Source: Octopus sinensis
Lineage: Eukaryota
DNA length: 64,000 nt
Assembly (NCBI RefSeq): GCF_006345805.1
Contig: NC_043003.1
Coordinates: forward strand, 90,396,001-90,460,000
Direction: 5' to 3'
The notes beneath the pieces were generated by a model. It made no database searches, had not been told where the DNA came from, and saw only the letters and a list, made by a program, of their open reading frames with translations. Positions within the stretch are counted from its first letter, which is position 1, and the number at the start of each line of letters is the position of its first letter. A program made the position numbers and the translations under genes. Below are positions 45,616 through 58,004 of this stretch, in pieces.

Positions 45616-46179
45616 TTTTTCTTTCTTGAAGCATTTTTACCAGAAGATGCTGCCACACCACCTATCACATGATAAACCACATGGGTGGCAGTTGTATATT
45701 AATATATTATCAATTTTTGATTTGTCTTTTGTTGGTCTTTCTTTCCCCATTTAGCTAAAGTTGTGTATATCATATGGTCCTAGCTCTGAGATTGGACCAA
45801 TTTAATCTACCTCCAATTTTAAGCTTTGGTTAAATACTTAAGTTGATCACAAAACACATCTATACAAATATATACGCAAAACCGCATTTTATCAACATAT
45901 ATACGTACATATATTATTTTTCATTGTTTTTTTTTCTTTTTTTTTTTTTCATATTCAGTTCCACCCTTTCTCTTTAGAAAGCAAAACCAATAACCTCAGC
46001 CAAATATCCTGAAAGTGTGGATAAATGTTTCATAAAAGCTGTTTGTTTATGCTGTTTGAAAAAAAATGTATTAGGTTTTCATCAGGTTTAGATAAGGAAA
46101 CTCAGTGGTTTTTTTAGATTAGTGTTTGTTCTTGGCAAGAAAGACTTTGTGTGTGTATGTCTGTTTACACACACGCATA

Positions 46180-47160
46180 GATATGTATATATATGTATTT
46201 ATGTATATGTACCTATATGTTTGTGTGTATATATATATATATATATGTTTGTGTATATATATATATATATGTTTGTGTATATATATATATGGTTGTGCAT
46301 AGATATATATGTTTGTTTATATATATATAAATATATATATATGCATATATATATATATCCATGTATATATATATGTTTGTGTATATATATATATGGTTGT
46401 GCATAGATATATATGTTTGTTTATATATATATAAATATATATATATGCATATATATATATATCCATGTATATATATATATATATATATACACAAACATAT
46501 ATATATATATACACAAACACACACACACATATATATATATATATGTATATATATGTATATATATATGTATATATATATGTATATATGTATGTATATGTAT
46601 GTATATATATGTATATATGTATGTATATATATGTATGTGTATATATGTATATATGTATGTGTATATATGTATATATGTATGTGTATATATGGATATATGT
46701 ATGTGTATATATATATATATATGTATGTGTATATATATATGTATGTGTATATATATTTATGTATGTATATGTATATATATTTATATATGTATATGTATAT
46801 ATATATTTATATATGTATGTATATATATATTTATATATGTATGTATATATATATTTATATATGTATGTATATATATATTTATATATGTATGTATATATAT
46901 ATTTATATATGTATGTATATATATATTTATATATGTATGTATATATATATTTATGTATGTATGTATATATATATTTATGTATGTATGTATATATATATTT
47001 ATGTATGTATGTATATATATATTTATGTATGTATGTATATATATATTTATGTATGTATGTATATATATATTATGTATATATATATTTTATATGTATGTAT
47101 ATATGTATGTATGTATGTATATATGTATGTATGTATGTATGTATATGTATCTATATCTAT
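46180..47160. repeat. Compound AT-rich minisatellite (22-bp units plus a ~104-bp duplication)
   Basis: (ATATATATTTATRTATGTATGT)n at about 46790-47070; duplicated block containing GGTTGTGCATAG at about 46290 and 46395. Confidence 0.9.
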
Positions 47161-47505
47161 CTGCACCAAGCCCAGTCTGATCTGGTAGTGTTTTTACAGC
47201 TGGATGCCCTTCCTAACGCCAACCACTCCGTGAGTGTAGTGGGTGCTTTTTATGTGCCACCGGCACAGGTGCCAGACAAGGTTAGCAAACGGCCACAATC
47301 AGATGGTGCCTTTTACGTGCCACCGGCACGGAGACCAGACGAAGCTGGCAACGGCCACGATCGGATGGTGCTTTTTATGTGCCACCGGCACGGAGGCCAG
47401 TCAAGCAGAGCTGGCTACAGCCACGTTCGGATGGTTCTCTTACATGCCACCGGCACTGGTATCACAGCTACAAATTCCATTGATGTTGATCGATTACGAT
47501 TTTGA
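47161..47505 (-). mobile_element. RTE LINE 3' UTR fragment inserted in the TA-rich satellite
   Basis: Reverse complement of the LINE tail (CTGGATGCCCTTCCTAACGCCAACCACTCCG) with repeated GTGCCACCGGCAC modules. Confidence 0.88.
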
Positions 47506-47506
47506 T

Positions 47507-47542
<36 letters not shown>

Positions 47543-47931
47543 GTATATATATATATATATATATGTATGTATATATGTGTATCTATATATATACATATGC
47601 GTGTATATATATATATATATATGTATATCTATATATATACATATGTATCCATATATATGTATTTATGTTTGTGTGTATGTATATATATGTATGTATGTAT
47701 ATGTGTGTATGTTTATGAATATGTGTGTTTACATGTAGATGTATGCATATACACATACATATGAATTTCTCATGAGCAATTAACTGCAGGGTTAGATAAA
47801 GGTGTTTAGAAATGGTACTATATTTTTCTAGTGACATGTCTTTATTTTTGGTATAATTTTTCTATTATTTTGAAGGTTATGTTGCTATTAAAAAAATTGC
47901 AATCTTCATTTTAGTTATTTGACTGTTGTTG

Positions 47932-47934
<3 letters not shown>

Positions 47935-48005
<71 letters not shown>
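47935..48005. repeat. (TTA)n microsatellite
   Basis: Direct trinucleotide run. Confidence 0.95.
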
Positions 48006-48249
48006 GTTGTTGTTATTGTTGTTAAAGTGGTAGGACAGAAGGAAAAAATAGTAATAGATTGATAAGATAAAATACCCTGTTCTCTATGGATGCAGCATTT
48101 GACTTCTTGGGAGTTGAAATCCTGCCAGGTCAAGCTGCTGTTTTTTTTTGTTTTTTTCCCTTCTGGTGTTGTTTTAATCTGCTATGATCTCTCCACCATA
48201 CACTCACTAATCCAACCATTGTAGATCTGTGCCAATGTAAAAAAATGAT

Positions 48250-49110
48250 TAAGGTAGTGACCTGGCAGAACTGCGAGGATGGTGAGCAAAATGCTTAGCA
48301 CTATTTTGTTCATCCTTACATTCTGAGTTCAAATTCACCTAAGTCAACTTTGTCTTTCATCCTTTTGGGGTAGATAAAATAAGTACCAGTTGAACACAGG
48401 GGTTGACATAATTGACTAGCCCCCCCCCCTCCCCCCTCCCCCCCCCCAAAAAAAAAATTCGGGCCTTTTGCCTTTAGTAGACAAGATTATTATTATTAAG
48501 GTGGTTTGCATGCTGGACAAAATGCTTAGCAGTATTTCACCCGTCGCTATGTTCATATTCTGCTGAGGTTGACGTTGCCTTTCATCCTTTTGGGATTGAT
48601 AAATTAACTACTAGTTGAACCCTAGGATCAAAGCTGATCCTCTCCCATCAAAATTGCTGCCCTTGTGGCAAAATTTGAAACCATTATCATTATTAGCTTT
48701 GCAGAATAAGATAGAAAACTCTGCAGTAGTTCTTCTGCTCCTTTTTGTTCTGAGTTCAAATTCCACTGAGGTCAGCATTGTCTTTCATCCCTTTCAGGGT
48801 TGATAATAAAGTACCAGTTGAGTGCTGATGTTGATCTTGTCAACTGCCCCTCCTCTCAAATTTTAGCTTACTGCTAAAAATTTGAAACCATTGTTATTGT
48901 CATTGTTGTCGTCAAGGTGGCAAGCCAGCACATCAGATGAAATGCTTAGTGACATTTATTCCAGCGCTTTAATTCTGTGTTAGATGTCACCAAGGTGAAT
49001 TTCACCTTTCATCCTTTCAGAGTTGATATAAACTATACCAGTTGAGCACTGGAGTTGATGTAATTAACTTCTGCCTTCCTTCAGAATTGCTGGCTCTATA
49101 CTAAAATAGG
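48250..49110 (+). mobile_element. Array of about 4 SINE family A copies; inverted copy at 49486-49700
   Basis: Repeated family A units. Confidence 0.85.
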
Positions 49111-49779
49111 AGTTATCATTATTGATGTATCATCACCACCTAAGATTTTGTTAGGTCTTAAGAAATTTGAAATCTTTTTCTTTGTTTTTTTTTTTGTTGT
49201 TTACTTTTGCCAATATCTAAATTAGTTATAATTTATTAATACTTGTGTGTGTGTGAGCATGTGTGTACATGCATACATATGCATACACAAACTTATAGGT
49301 GCTTATCTCCTGGTAGAGGTCTTCTAGATAGCATGAGAAAATAATGTGTGTGTGTGTGTAAAAGATATATATATCTGTATGTTGGTGCATGTGTGTGTGC
49401 ATATTTGTAACAGAGTATTATTGTACACTTTGAAAATGATTTTCTTCAATCATCTGAAGATAACAAGATGATAATAATAGTAGGAATCCTTTCAACTATA
49501 GGCATAAGGCCTGAAATTTGGGGGGCGGATGGCTACTCAATTATAGACCCCCTGAACTCAACTTTTCTTATTTCATCAACCCCTAAAGGGTGAAAGGTAA
49601 AGTTGACACCCGCAGAGTTTGAACTCAGAATGTAAAGATGAACAAAATGCCACTAAGCATTTTGTCCAGTGTGCTAGCAATTCTGCTAGCATATTGCCTT
49701 AATAACAACAACTATAGTAATGTTAATAATAATAATGATGATGATGACGATAATAATAATAATAATGACGATGATTATA

Positions 49780-50120
49780 ATGTACATTATTTACAATGGA
49801 CAGATAGGTGTCCTCACTTTGTTTGTTGTTACCAAGTTTTGGCTGATGCACTCTTCACCCTTCATCAGGTGTTCTGGTGGAATTTCAAACCCAACCCTTT
49901 ATTTGACCAATGGGGTACTCTGTTCTCATTCCTAAGGTATTCTTTTTTTAATTTTTTATTAGTCAAATAAAGGGTTGGGTTCAAAATCCCACCAGAACAC
50001 CTGATGAGGGCCGGAGAGTACATCAGCTGAAATGTTGTAGTAACAACAAACAAGATGAGGACACCTGTCTGTCCATTGTAAATAATGTACATAATTCCTC
50101 ATCTCAAAAATATAGAATAG
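49780..50120. mobile_element. Palindromic Penelope-like element remnant with a degenerate hammerhead core
   Basis: ~130 bp arms at 49780-49911 and 49958-50092; AACAC-CTGATGA(50001)-GGGCCGG...TCAGCT-GAAA(50029). Confidence 0.75.
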
Positions 50121-50634
50121 TGTGATAATAATGATAATAATAACACCTACAACAGCTTTGATTGTACTAATTCTACCATCGGTTGTCATATGTTGGCATT
50201 TAGGCCATGTGCAAAACTTATTATTTTTTCTATATGTTTCTCAGTTTTTTAAGGTGTTTTTTTTATAATGTTTTATTTTGTACCTTGTTTTGAAAACCTT
50301 ATACATGGTTAATAGTTTAGCTTATGAGATTCATTAATAATGTATACAAATAAACATTTTCTGTGTGTGTAGACACAAGCATGGCTGTGTGGTTGAGAAG
50401 CTTGCTTCCTAACCATATTGTCTTGAGTTCAGTCCTACTGTGTGACACCTTGGGCAAGTGTCTTCTACTGTGGCCCCGGGCTGAGCAATGCCTTGTGAGT
50501 GGATTTGGTTGAAGGAAACTGAAAGAAACCCATTGCATATACATGTGTGTATGTGAGTAATATATATAAAGTCTCGCTATGCCTAAGCAAAATATTAAGA
50601 TGTGTGTGTGTGTGAATGTATGTGTGTACACACA

Positions 50635-51203
50635 CAGTGTGTTCCTAAATTATCCATTACAATTTGAAAAATTGAAAAAACAAGTGAAAAATCAGAATAA
50701 TTCAGCAAATTTTGGAAAACATAAGTAAACGAATAGAATTTTAGAAAATTACTATTTTAAAATCTAGCAATGAGAGATATTCAGAAACTGTACTTTGGAG
50801 TAAAGATTGTTTGCCAACATAACATGGCAGTCCTGGTTTAGGTAAAATGTTGCTGTAATTTAGCCCCAGGAGACATCATCCCTAGCTGGCTTTACGACAC
50901 GATCTGTGTCCTTATATTTTTCGAACAAGGGAATCTTGCACCCCCACTCAGTTCAAAACAATATCTGTGTATCACGATCTCTGGATTATTTCCCTTCATC
51001 AACACAGAATAATTGTCTCCTGGGGCTAAATTACAGCAACATATGTCCTAAACCAGGATTGCCATGTTACTCCAAACAGAATTTTATTAGAAACAACAGA
51101 ACACTTCCTTGCAGGATCCATTGGTTGTATGCAAAGCATCAATGGATCTCAACTTTGCTACAATAAATTATAGAAGTTGTAAAGATAATTTATGAACAAC
51201 TTA
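50635..51203. mobile_element. Tc1/mariner-like non-autonomous element containing an internal inverted-repeat MITE (50820-51069)
   Basis: Outer imperfect TIRs CAGTGTGTTCCTAAATTATCC / GATAATTTATGAACAACTT; inner ~55-bp arms TAACATGGCAGTCCTGGTTTAGG...GCCCCAGGAGACA. Confidence 0.65.
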
Positions 51204-52296
51204 TATATATATATATATATATGCACACCTGTATTTATCGATGTGTGTAACTATATATGTGTATGTGTGTGTATATGTAATAGGTATTATATTCATAGTG
51301 AATTCTAGGCAGTTGTTTGTGTAATTGAAAGACATTATTTAAAATCCTTTTCACACACACATACATACTGCACTATATACATGTGGAAATGTAAATGCCA
51401 TTGATGAAAGCCAAGTTCATTGTTGAGGAGTCCCAGTCAGTTGTTTGGATAGATCTATGATATAGAAGCAGCTGATGAATGAATGATTTCAATCAGTACT
51501 CCAGCTATGGCCGTCCTGTCTTATTTATGGGGAATGTTATTCTTAGATTTAAAAGTTCACAAAAGTGATTCCTCATTTTACAGACGGTAGATAGTTTGTC
51601 ATGGGAGAGCTAGCTGTTATTTTGAGCCATTCAAATGTCCATATAGAAGCCCTCTTTTTGGGCTCTTAACAGCAAGGTTTGTTTGGTGTGGTGCTCGAAT
51701 TAGAATTTCTAAGAAAGTAATTTTCTTTTGAAGGTTACCTTGGCTGTGAGCTACCTTAATTCCTTAAGTTGGTAAAATGGAAAAAAAAAAAAAGCATTAA
51801 AAAGTTTACGGTATCACTGTGAATACATATCAAGCTGTAGTCCTGCCTTAATTCATACAGTGGTGTGTGGTGGTATGTGTATGTGATTGAGTATATTAAT
51901 GAATGTGTGTATGTAAGTGTGCCATGTATGTGGGCATTTGAACACATTTTTCACACAAAATTACTTGACTCAGTGCTCTACATAGATGATCATTTCATCC
52001 GGAACCATTATCTTGAAAAAAAAAACAAACAAAAAACAACACTGGCAGTTTTTCTGCTATTGGTTTGATTTGAGAAGACTCAAGACAGAATGTATATTCT
52101 AAGGTAAAAACGCTATTGCTTTAATAGAAACTGTCGTTCCTTATTAGAAGCTTTCAAATCTAAAAGGAACAATTTCTGTTGAATTTTTTAAAAAAATAAT
52201 TTTTTTATAGAAATGATAGCATGTCTTTCGTCTTTTCCATTATTTTTTTCCCCTTGTTTCCTTTGTTCCTCTCCATCTGTTTTCCTTCTTTCATGT

Positions 52297-52380
52297 AATA
52301 AAATTAAAACAAAAAAAAACACCAAAAACAATAAAACAAATTAGAGTTTAATTTATGTTTGTTTATAAATTGTCTATTTT
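52297..52380 (+). terminator. Candidate polyadenylation region
   Basis: TGTA, AATAAA (52297) and AATAAA (52330), then a GT/T-rich tract. Assignment to the receptor gene is unproven; a proximal AATAAA lies at 39282. Confidence 0.25.
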
Positions 52381-53766
52381 ATTCTTTTTTGCTTTTTGAA
52401 GTTGTTAATGAAAATAACTGAAATTAAGAACGAATGAGGTTGCAGTTTTGTTTGACTTGAATGCATATGGAGAGTAAACAGCTTTATTTACTCTTTTTGT
52501 TTTTATTTCAATTAATGTCGCTATTTGTGTATTCTACTAAATGTGGACACACTAATACAAGTCTGTTTTCAACTCAGTAAATCTGTGAGAGGATTTTATC
52601 TGACAATTCCACAACATGAAGCCCCTTTAATGGTGTATATACATTTAGTATGATACACAAATGGCAATTTTAATTTATGTTGTTTTAGTTGCATACACTG
52701 AGGTTTTCAACAATCCAGCAAACTTCTGCAATACCAGTGAATGTTTCAAAACATGGATTTCATTATGTAGAGAACAAGTGGGTGCTTAGCATTGACAAGT
52801 CTCAAGAAAGGTGAATCATGTCTACCATTCACAATTGTCATTGCAGCAACTATGTTCATTTTGCTCCAATCTGTCGTGTTTTTGACACAAGTCTGTGAAG
52901 AGATTTCATCTTAGAGAATTCCACAGCATCAAGCCTTCAAATGAGTTGTATACATTTAATATGATCTACAGATGACGGTTTTAATTTAATGCTATTTCAT
53001 TGTCTCAGATGTTTTCCTGCTTCACTGTTTTGTCAACCATTTCCTCAGTAGACAAATCTTTACAGATGAACATTAGTGTCTTATTTAGTTATTGATTTTA
53101 TGGCTTGCTCATTATTATGCTCGTTATCATCATTTAACATCCTCTTTTTCCTGCTTGCATGAGTCAAATGGAGTTAGATTTTCTGCAGCCAGATGCCCTA
53201 CCTGTCACCAAACCTCATCTATTTCTAAGCAAGGTAGTATTTCCCTATGGCTTGACATGTTCTTGTGGAATAATAGAAATGGATGACATTGCTTGTATGG
53301 CAGTAACACTCAAAAACAATTATAAGGATGTCAAAACAAGGAAACACAACCAGACACATACATGTACATAAATTTTTATGTATATACATATAGAAACTGA
53401 AATTGCTGACATGGTTGTGTGATAAGAAGTTTTCTTTCCAACCACATGGTTCTGGGTTCAGTCCCACTGCATGGCACCTTGGGTAAGTGTCTCCTATAGC
53501 CTGGAGCTGACCAAAAACTTGTGAGCAGATTTGGTTGATGGTAATTGAAAGAAGCCTGTCATGTATATATGTATATATCTGTGTGTGTGTGTCTTTGTAT
53601 TTCTGTTGGTGTGTCTATGTCCCTGTAACTTAGTGGTTTGGCAAAAGGGACTGATAAAATAAGTACTAGGCTTAAAAAAGAAAATAAATCCTGGGGTTGA
53701 TTTGTTCAACTAAAACCCTTCAAGTACAGCTGCAGTCAAATGACTGAAACAAGCATAAGATAAAAG

Positions 53767-53823
<57 letters not shown>

Positions 53824-53824
<1 letters not shown>

Positions 53825-56451
53825 TAGCTGACGTACCCAGTAATTCCTTGAAAAGCAGGGCTTATCCCTTGGTTCCATTCTCATAATTGTTCTGCTAATC
53901 CAATAACAACAATACAATGTATGTAGGCCTTAAAACAGTTTTTTTGTGCATTTATTGAGAATACTGAACTGTCTTACACAGGATGTTATTAGGAAATCCC
54001 AGTAAGTTATGAATACCTAAATTGTGAAGTTAGTTACATAATAATATGAAATTAGTTACCTGATAGTAAAAATTGAGATAAAGTAGCCCCGGGAAAGGGC
54101 TTTAATGCATTCCCAGAGTATATAGAACTTAGGAGGAAATACTAATAAAGTATGTATACTAAAATCATGAAGCATGTTACGTAATAACAGGCTAATTAGA
54201 TATGAGATGATAACAATTCAAAGTAAATAACTCTTAAAAGGGCTCTTGTGCATTCCCAGAGTGTTAAAATAGGGGTGCAAGTGGTTGAAATAGATTTACA
54301 ATGAATGTAGAAACAGACTGACATTTAGTTTTATGGTAGACATGCAAATTTGCATGTAGATTTAAAAATAAAATAACATGTAGATTATCAATACATTTAC
54401 AACACTTATGAAAACATCAACACAGCTATCAATGTGAATGAAGAAAATGTTCGGATCCCCTGTTTCGATTGGAGCCTCCAGCTGTATGAAAATTTCCCCC
54501 CCCCCCCCGTCAGAAAACAGCTTTAGGAGTTGTGAAGAAAGAATTTGTACGTGGTCTATTTCTGAGAGCTATTGTATTGGACCTCTGTCTAATTATTAAA
54601 ACATTTATTTAATTATGAACATAGAAAGAAATTATACATTAATCCCTATTTTTGCAAACAGTTGTATTCGTAAAAATTTTATTTGCAGAGAACAGAAATT
54701 GAAAGAAGGTATGTGAAATGGATGTGTGTATGTGTGTGTGCATGCGTACTTGTGCATGTGTATGTGAGAGAGAAAGAGGGTGAGAAAAAGAGATAGAGTG
54801 AGTGAGTGAAGGTGTGTGTCATTGAGTTACGTTGGCTGGCATGGCGACTACGAAGCTTTTGAGGTGGCAGATGACTGGGGTGATTTAAAAGATGTGAAGA
54901 AATGCCGTCTTTTCAGTGGAGTGCTTCATTGTAGGCAACGTTTCTCGTTTTCCCTTCTGATGCACAAATGCATAGACTTTGTGGCCTGCCAACACAGGAG
55001 CATCCAATGTAAAGTTGACCGTGGGAGAACATTTGTTCTGTGAGATTTAAACCAACCATTTGCAATGATTGACCCTGTGCCTTATTTATTGTCATTGCAA
55101 AGGAGAGTTTGATAGGAAATTGAAGCCGCTTAAACTTGTAGATTGTATCGGAGGGAGTGAGGGACATTGGGGCTATAAGAACATCTTGACCAGCAGCCGA
55201 TCCATTCAAGATGGTTGCCTGCAGAACTTGGGAGTATAATTTTTTGATTATCATCCGTGTGCCGTTACACATTATTGGAGTATCCAAATTCCACAGCAGC
55301 ATGATGGGCATGCCAACCTTAAGATGGAGTTCGTGAGGCAGAAGTCCTGCGGGCATTTGGGAATTAGGGAATTCTGTTCTGAAAACGGTCATATCATCCA
55401 GGTTTTCATGCATGTCAATGGACTTGAAGGAGAGTTTTTCTCCAGGAAGCAGATCGAGAAGTTTATTATTGATAGCGTCAACTGTTTTATTGTGAGGCAC
55501 CAAAATTGCTCTTCCTTGTAGGCAAGTTGTGTCAAGGCTTTGGTTTGCAATGTCAGGAAAAACTGAAGACATCAAATCATCCACAGTTGGCACAAAATTA
55601 CCAAATGGTAAATGGATGAAACCATCAGTATCACCAGCTGCAGTTCCATTACCAATGTCGAGAAGCTGTGCTGAGAATGTGGCTGTGCTTTCATTGCCAT
55701 GCACGTGAACTCTCATGTTTGTAGTCAAGTGAAGTTTCTCAATGTGGTGCCATAAGTAGGATGATTTTATGGAAGCATTTACCTCATCAGCTCTTGTCCC
55801 CTGTGGAATGACAGGTAGAGTTTGTTGGAAGTCGCCAGCAAGCAAAACAGTCACTCCACCCATCACTCTCATATTGCGTCTCAGGTCTTGAAGAGACCGA
55901 TCAAGCGCCTCAAAAGCCACCTTATGACTCATGGTTGCCTCATCCCAATTGATAAGGCTGCACTCAGTGAGAAGATTCCCCATGGCTGAGCCACGACTAA
56001 CATTGCAAGTTGGATTTTCCTGTTTGGTCAAATCTAGTGGTAATTGGAAGGCTGAGTGTGCCGTACGACCACCATGCAGTAGAGTTGCCACAATGCAACC
56101 GCTATGGCAATCCGATTTTCCTGGTGAATTTTGGTGAGCAGGAGGTTCATGAGAAAAGTTTTTCTGGTTCAGCCGAGAGCATCCAAGAAAGCAGAAATTG
56201 AAAGAAAATATATGAAATGGATGTGTGTGTGTTTTTCTGGCTAATTTGGCGGGATTTTTGCAGTCAGCATGAGGTGGTTTGTGTTTATCTCTCTAGTCGA
56301 ATTGTTGTTAATTTGTCTGTAATAGCAATGCCTGGACAAGTGAAAATATCTTTGCAGAAAACAGCTTCAGGAGTTGTGAAGAAAGAATTTGTATGTAGTC
56401 TGTTTCTGAGAACTATTCTATTGGACCTCTGTCTAATCACGTCTTTTAAGA
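53824..56451 (-). mobile_element. Non-autonomous, internally rearranged Helitron
   Basis: On the minus strand, 5' A|TC at 56451 and 3' CTAG|T at 53824; inserted at a (TA)n tract; carries a PIF1 helicase remnant; no HUH Rep domain seen. Confidence 0.75.
54913..56190 (-). pseudogene. Helitron PIF1-family helicase, C-terminal part
   Basis: ATLLHGGRTAHSAF, WDEATM, LAGDFQQTLPV, LHLKVGMPIMLL and RLQFPIKLSFAMTINKAQGQSL...FSHGQLY. The upstream Walker A is broken (FLDALG*TRKT) and frameshifted. Confidence 0.9.
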
Positions 56452-56869
56452 TACACAAACACACATACATAGAAAATGTGAGGTCATGGTAGAAAATTTT
56501 TACGATAGTTGATTTATGGAAAAGATTATAAATTTTTAAAATGTGAATAAAAATTAAGTTCAGATGTCTACATGGTAGGTAGACCTGGTAGAAATAGAAG
56601 CCAAATCTCCTTCAAAACACCCTACTGAATTAATCCGACAATGTATTATGTAGTTCGAATGAGAAACTGTAACTAAAGATGAAGATAATTAACCCCACTA
56701 AGAGGTGAAAGAAGAGAGACAGCATAGGGAAAGTTTTGGCTGACTGTCATCCTGTAGTCCCTTTGTTATACGGCAGCTGTGTGAGCAACTAGTTGTTTTA
56801 ATGGGGGAAACAATGGTTTTCCAGCAATCCTCCTCAAATGAATAAAAACTTTTACCTTGCTAATTTTTT

Positions 56870-57206
56870 ACGGTTTCGCCAGCCTCGTCTAGCACCTGTG
56901 TCGGTGACACATAAGAAAACACCATCCGAGCGTGGCCGTCTGGCACCTGTGTCGGTGGCACATAAAAAAAAAACACCATCCGAGCGTGGCCGTCTGCCAG
57001 CCTTGTCTGGCACCTGTGTCGGTGGCACATAAAATCACCCACTACACTCTCGGAGTGGTTGGCGTTAGGAAGGGCATCCAGCTGTAGAAACACTGCCAGA
57101 TCTGACTGGCCTGGTGCAGCCTTCGGGCTTGCCAGACCCCAGTTGAACCGTCCAACCCATGCTAGCATGGAAAGCGGACGTTAAACGATGATGATGATGA
57201 TGATGA
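56870..57206 (+). mobile_element. Young 5'-truncated RTE LINE tail with tandem UTR modules
   Basis: Three GCACCTGTGTCGGTGRCACATAA modules, then the conserved tail ending in (GAT)n. Confidence 0.9.
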
Positions 57207-57785
57207 TACCTAGGCTTCAAATTTCTTTAGAAAATAAAATAATTTGCCAGGTGAAATTCTCATCAGTAACTGCGCCATAACCTTTAACATATAATTTAAA
57301 GACAAATAACACGTGTCCCATCATTATATGTTATAATTTTTCAAATTCACTGTGCAAACGCAGGTTACGTATATGATTTTAGCTTTTTGAAGATCGGTTT
57401 GGCATTTTTCATTTTACTGCCGACTGAAACTGCGGGTAGGGTAGCTAACTGCTTATTGTGACCATTCCACTTTAGTTTCCTGTAGCTTTGCTCTCTTATA
57501 CAAACCCAGTGAATATACATATATTTCTGATTTCAAAGAAATTTGAACAATAGATATAAGAACCAAGTTAAAAAGATTCCCAATAATTCAACTTCTCTAG
57601 TTGACTTTAAGACACCCCACCACACAACAGGGGCCTTAACTCCCACATTTTAGGATTGGTGCAGTAGTTTGCGAATCTATAAGTAACACACGTAAAGACA
57701 TTGACTTTTATATAATAGATATGAATATGCACATATACATACATATATATATATGTGTGTATTATATATATATATATATATATAT

Positions 57786-57843
57786 AACCCAGGGTTGACA
57801 AATGAGAGGAACTATTGTTCCTATCCTTTGTCAACCCTGGGTT
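57786..57843. repeat. Small hairpin with 17-bp perfect arms
   Basis: AACCCAGGGTTGACAAA / TTTGTCAACCCTGGGTT, with inner AGGAAC/GTTCCT. Confidence 0.8.
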
Positions 57844-58004
57844 GCCTCCCATGAATTCTACAAAAGGCTGTATGCCATCCCCACCCCTAATCTAGGGCTA
57901 TCTCCTATGTAAGGTAATGATCATATAGTGCGAAATATGAAAGGGTAGTGTGTGCAGGTTGAACTGAAGGCTACTGTATTGTTTGTCTATGAATTCTGCC
58001 AAAT

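Noticed and set aside
46361-47505. Long ORFs (255-346 aa) and many similar [12 protein letters not shown] ORFs across the window
   Set aside because: They are translations of (TA), (TG) and (CA) microsatellites that happen to lack stop codons.
54913-56091. Functional cellular PIF1 gene
   Set aside because: It is intronless, has a broken Walker A and lies between Helitron termini.
56870-57040. CRISPR-like repeated modules
   Set aside because: These are tandem modules in the RTE 3' UTR, with no unique spacers, no cas genes and a eukaryotic context.
57610-57719. Helitron-like 5' end on the minus strand (TCTATTATATAAAAG)
   Set aside because: No matching 3' hairpin/CTAG could be assigned with confidence.
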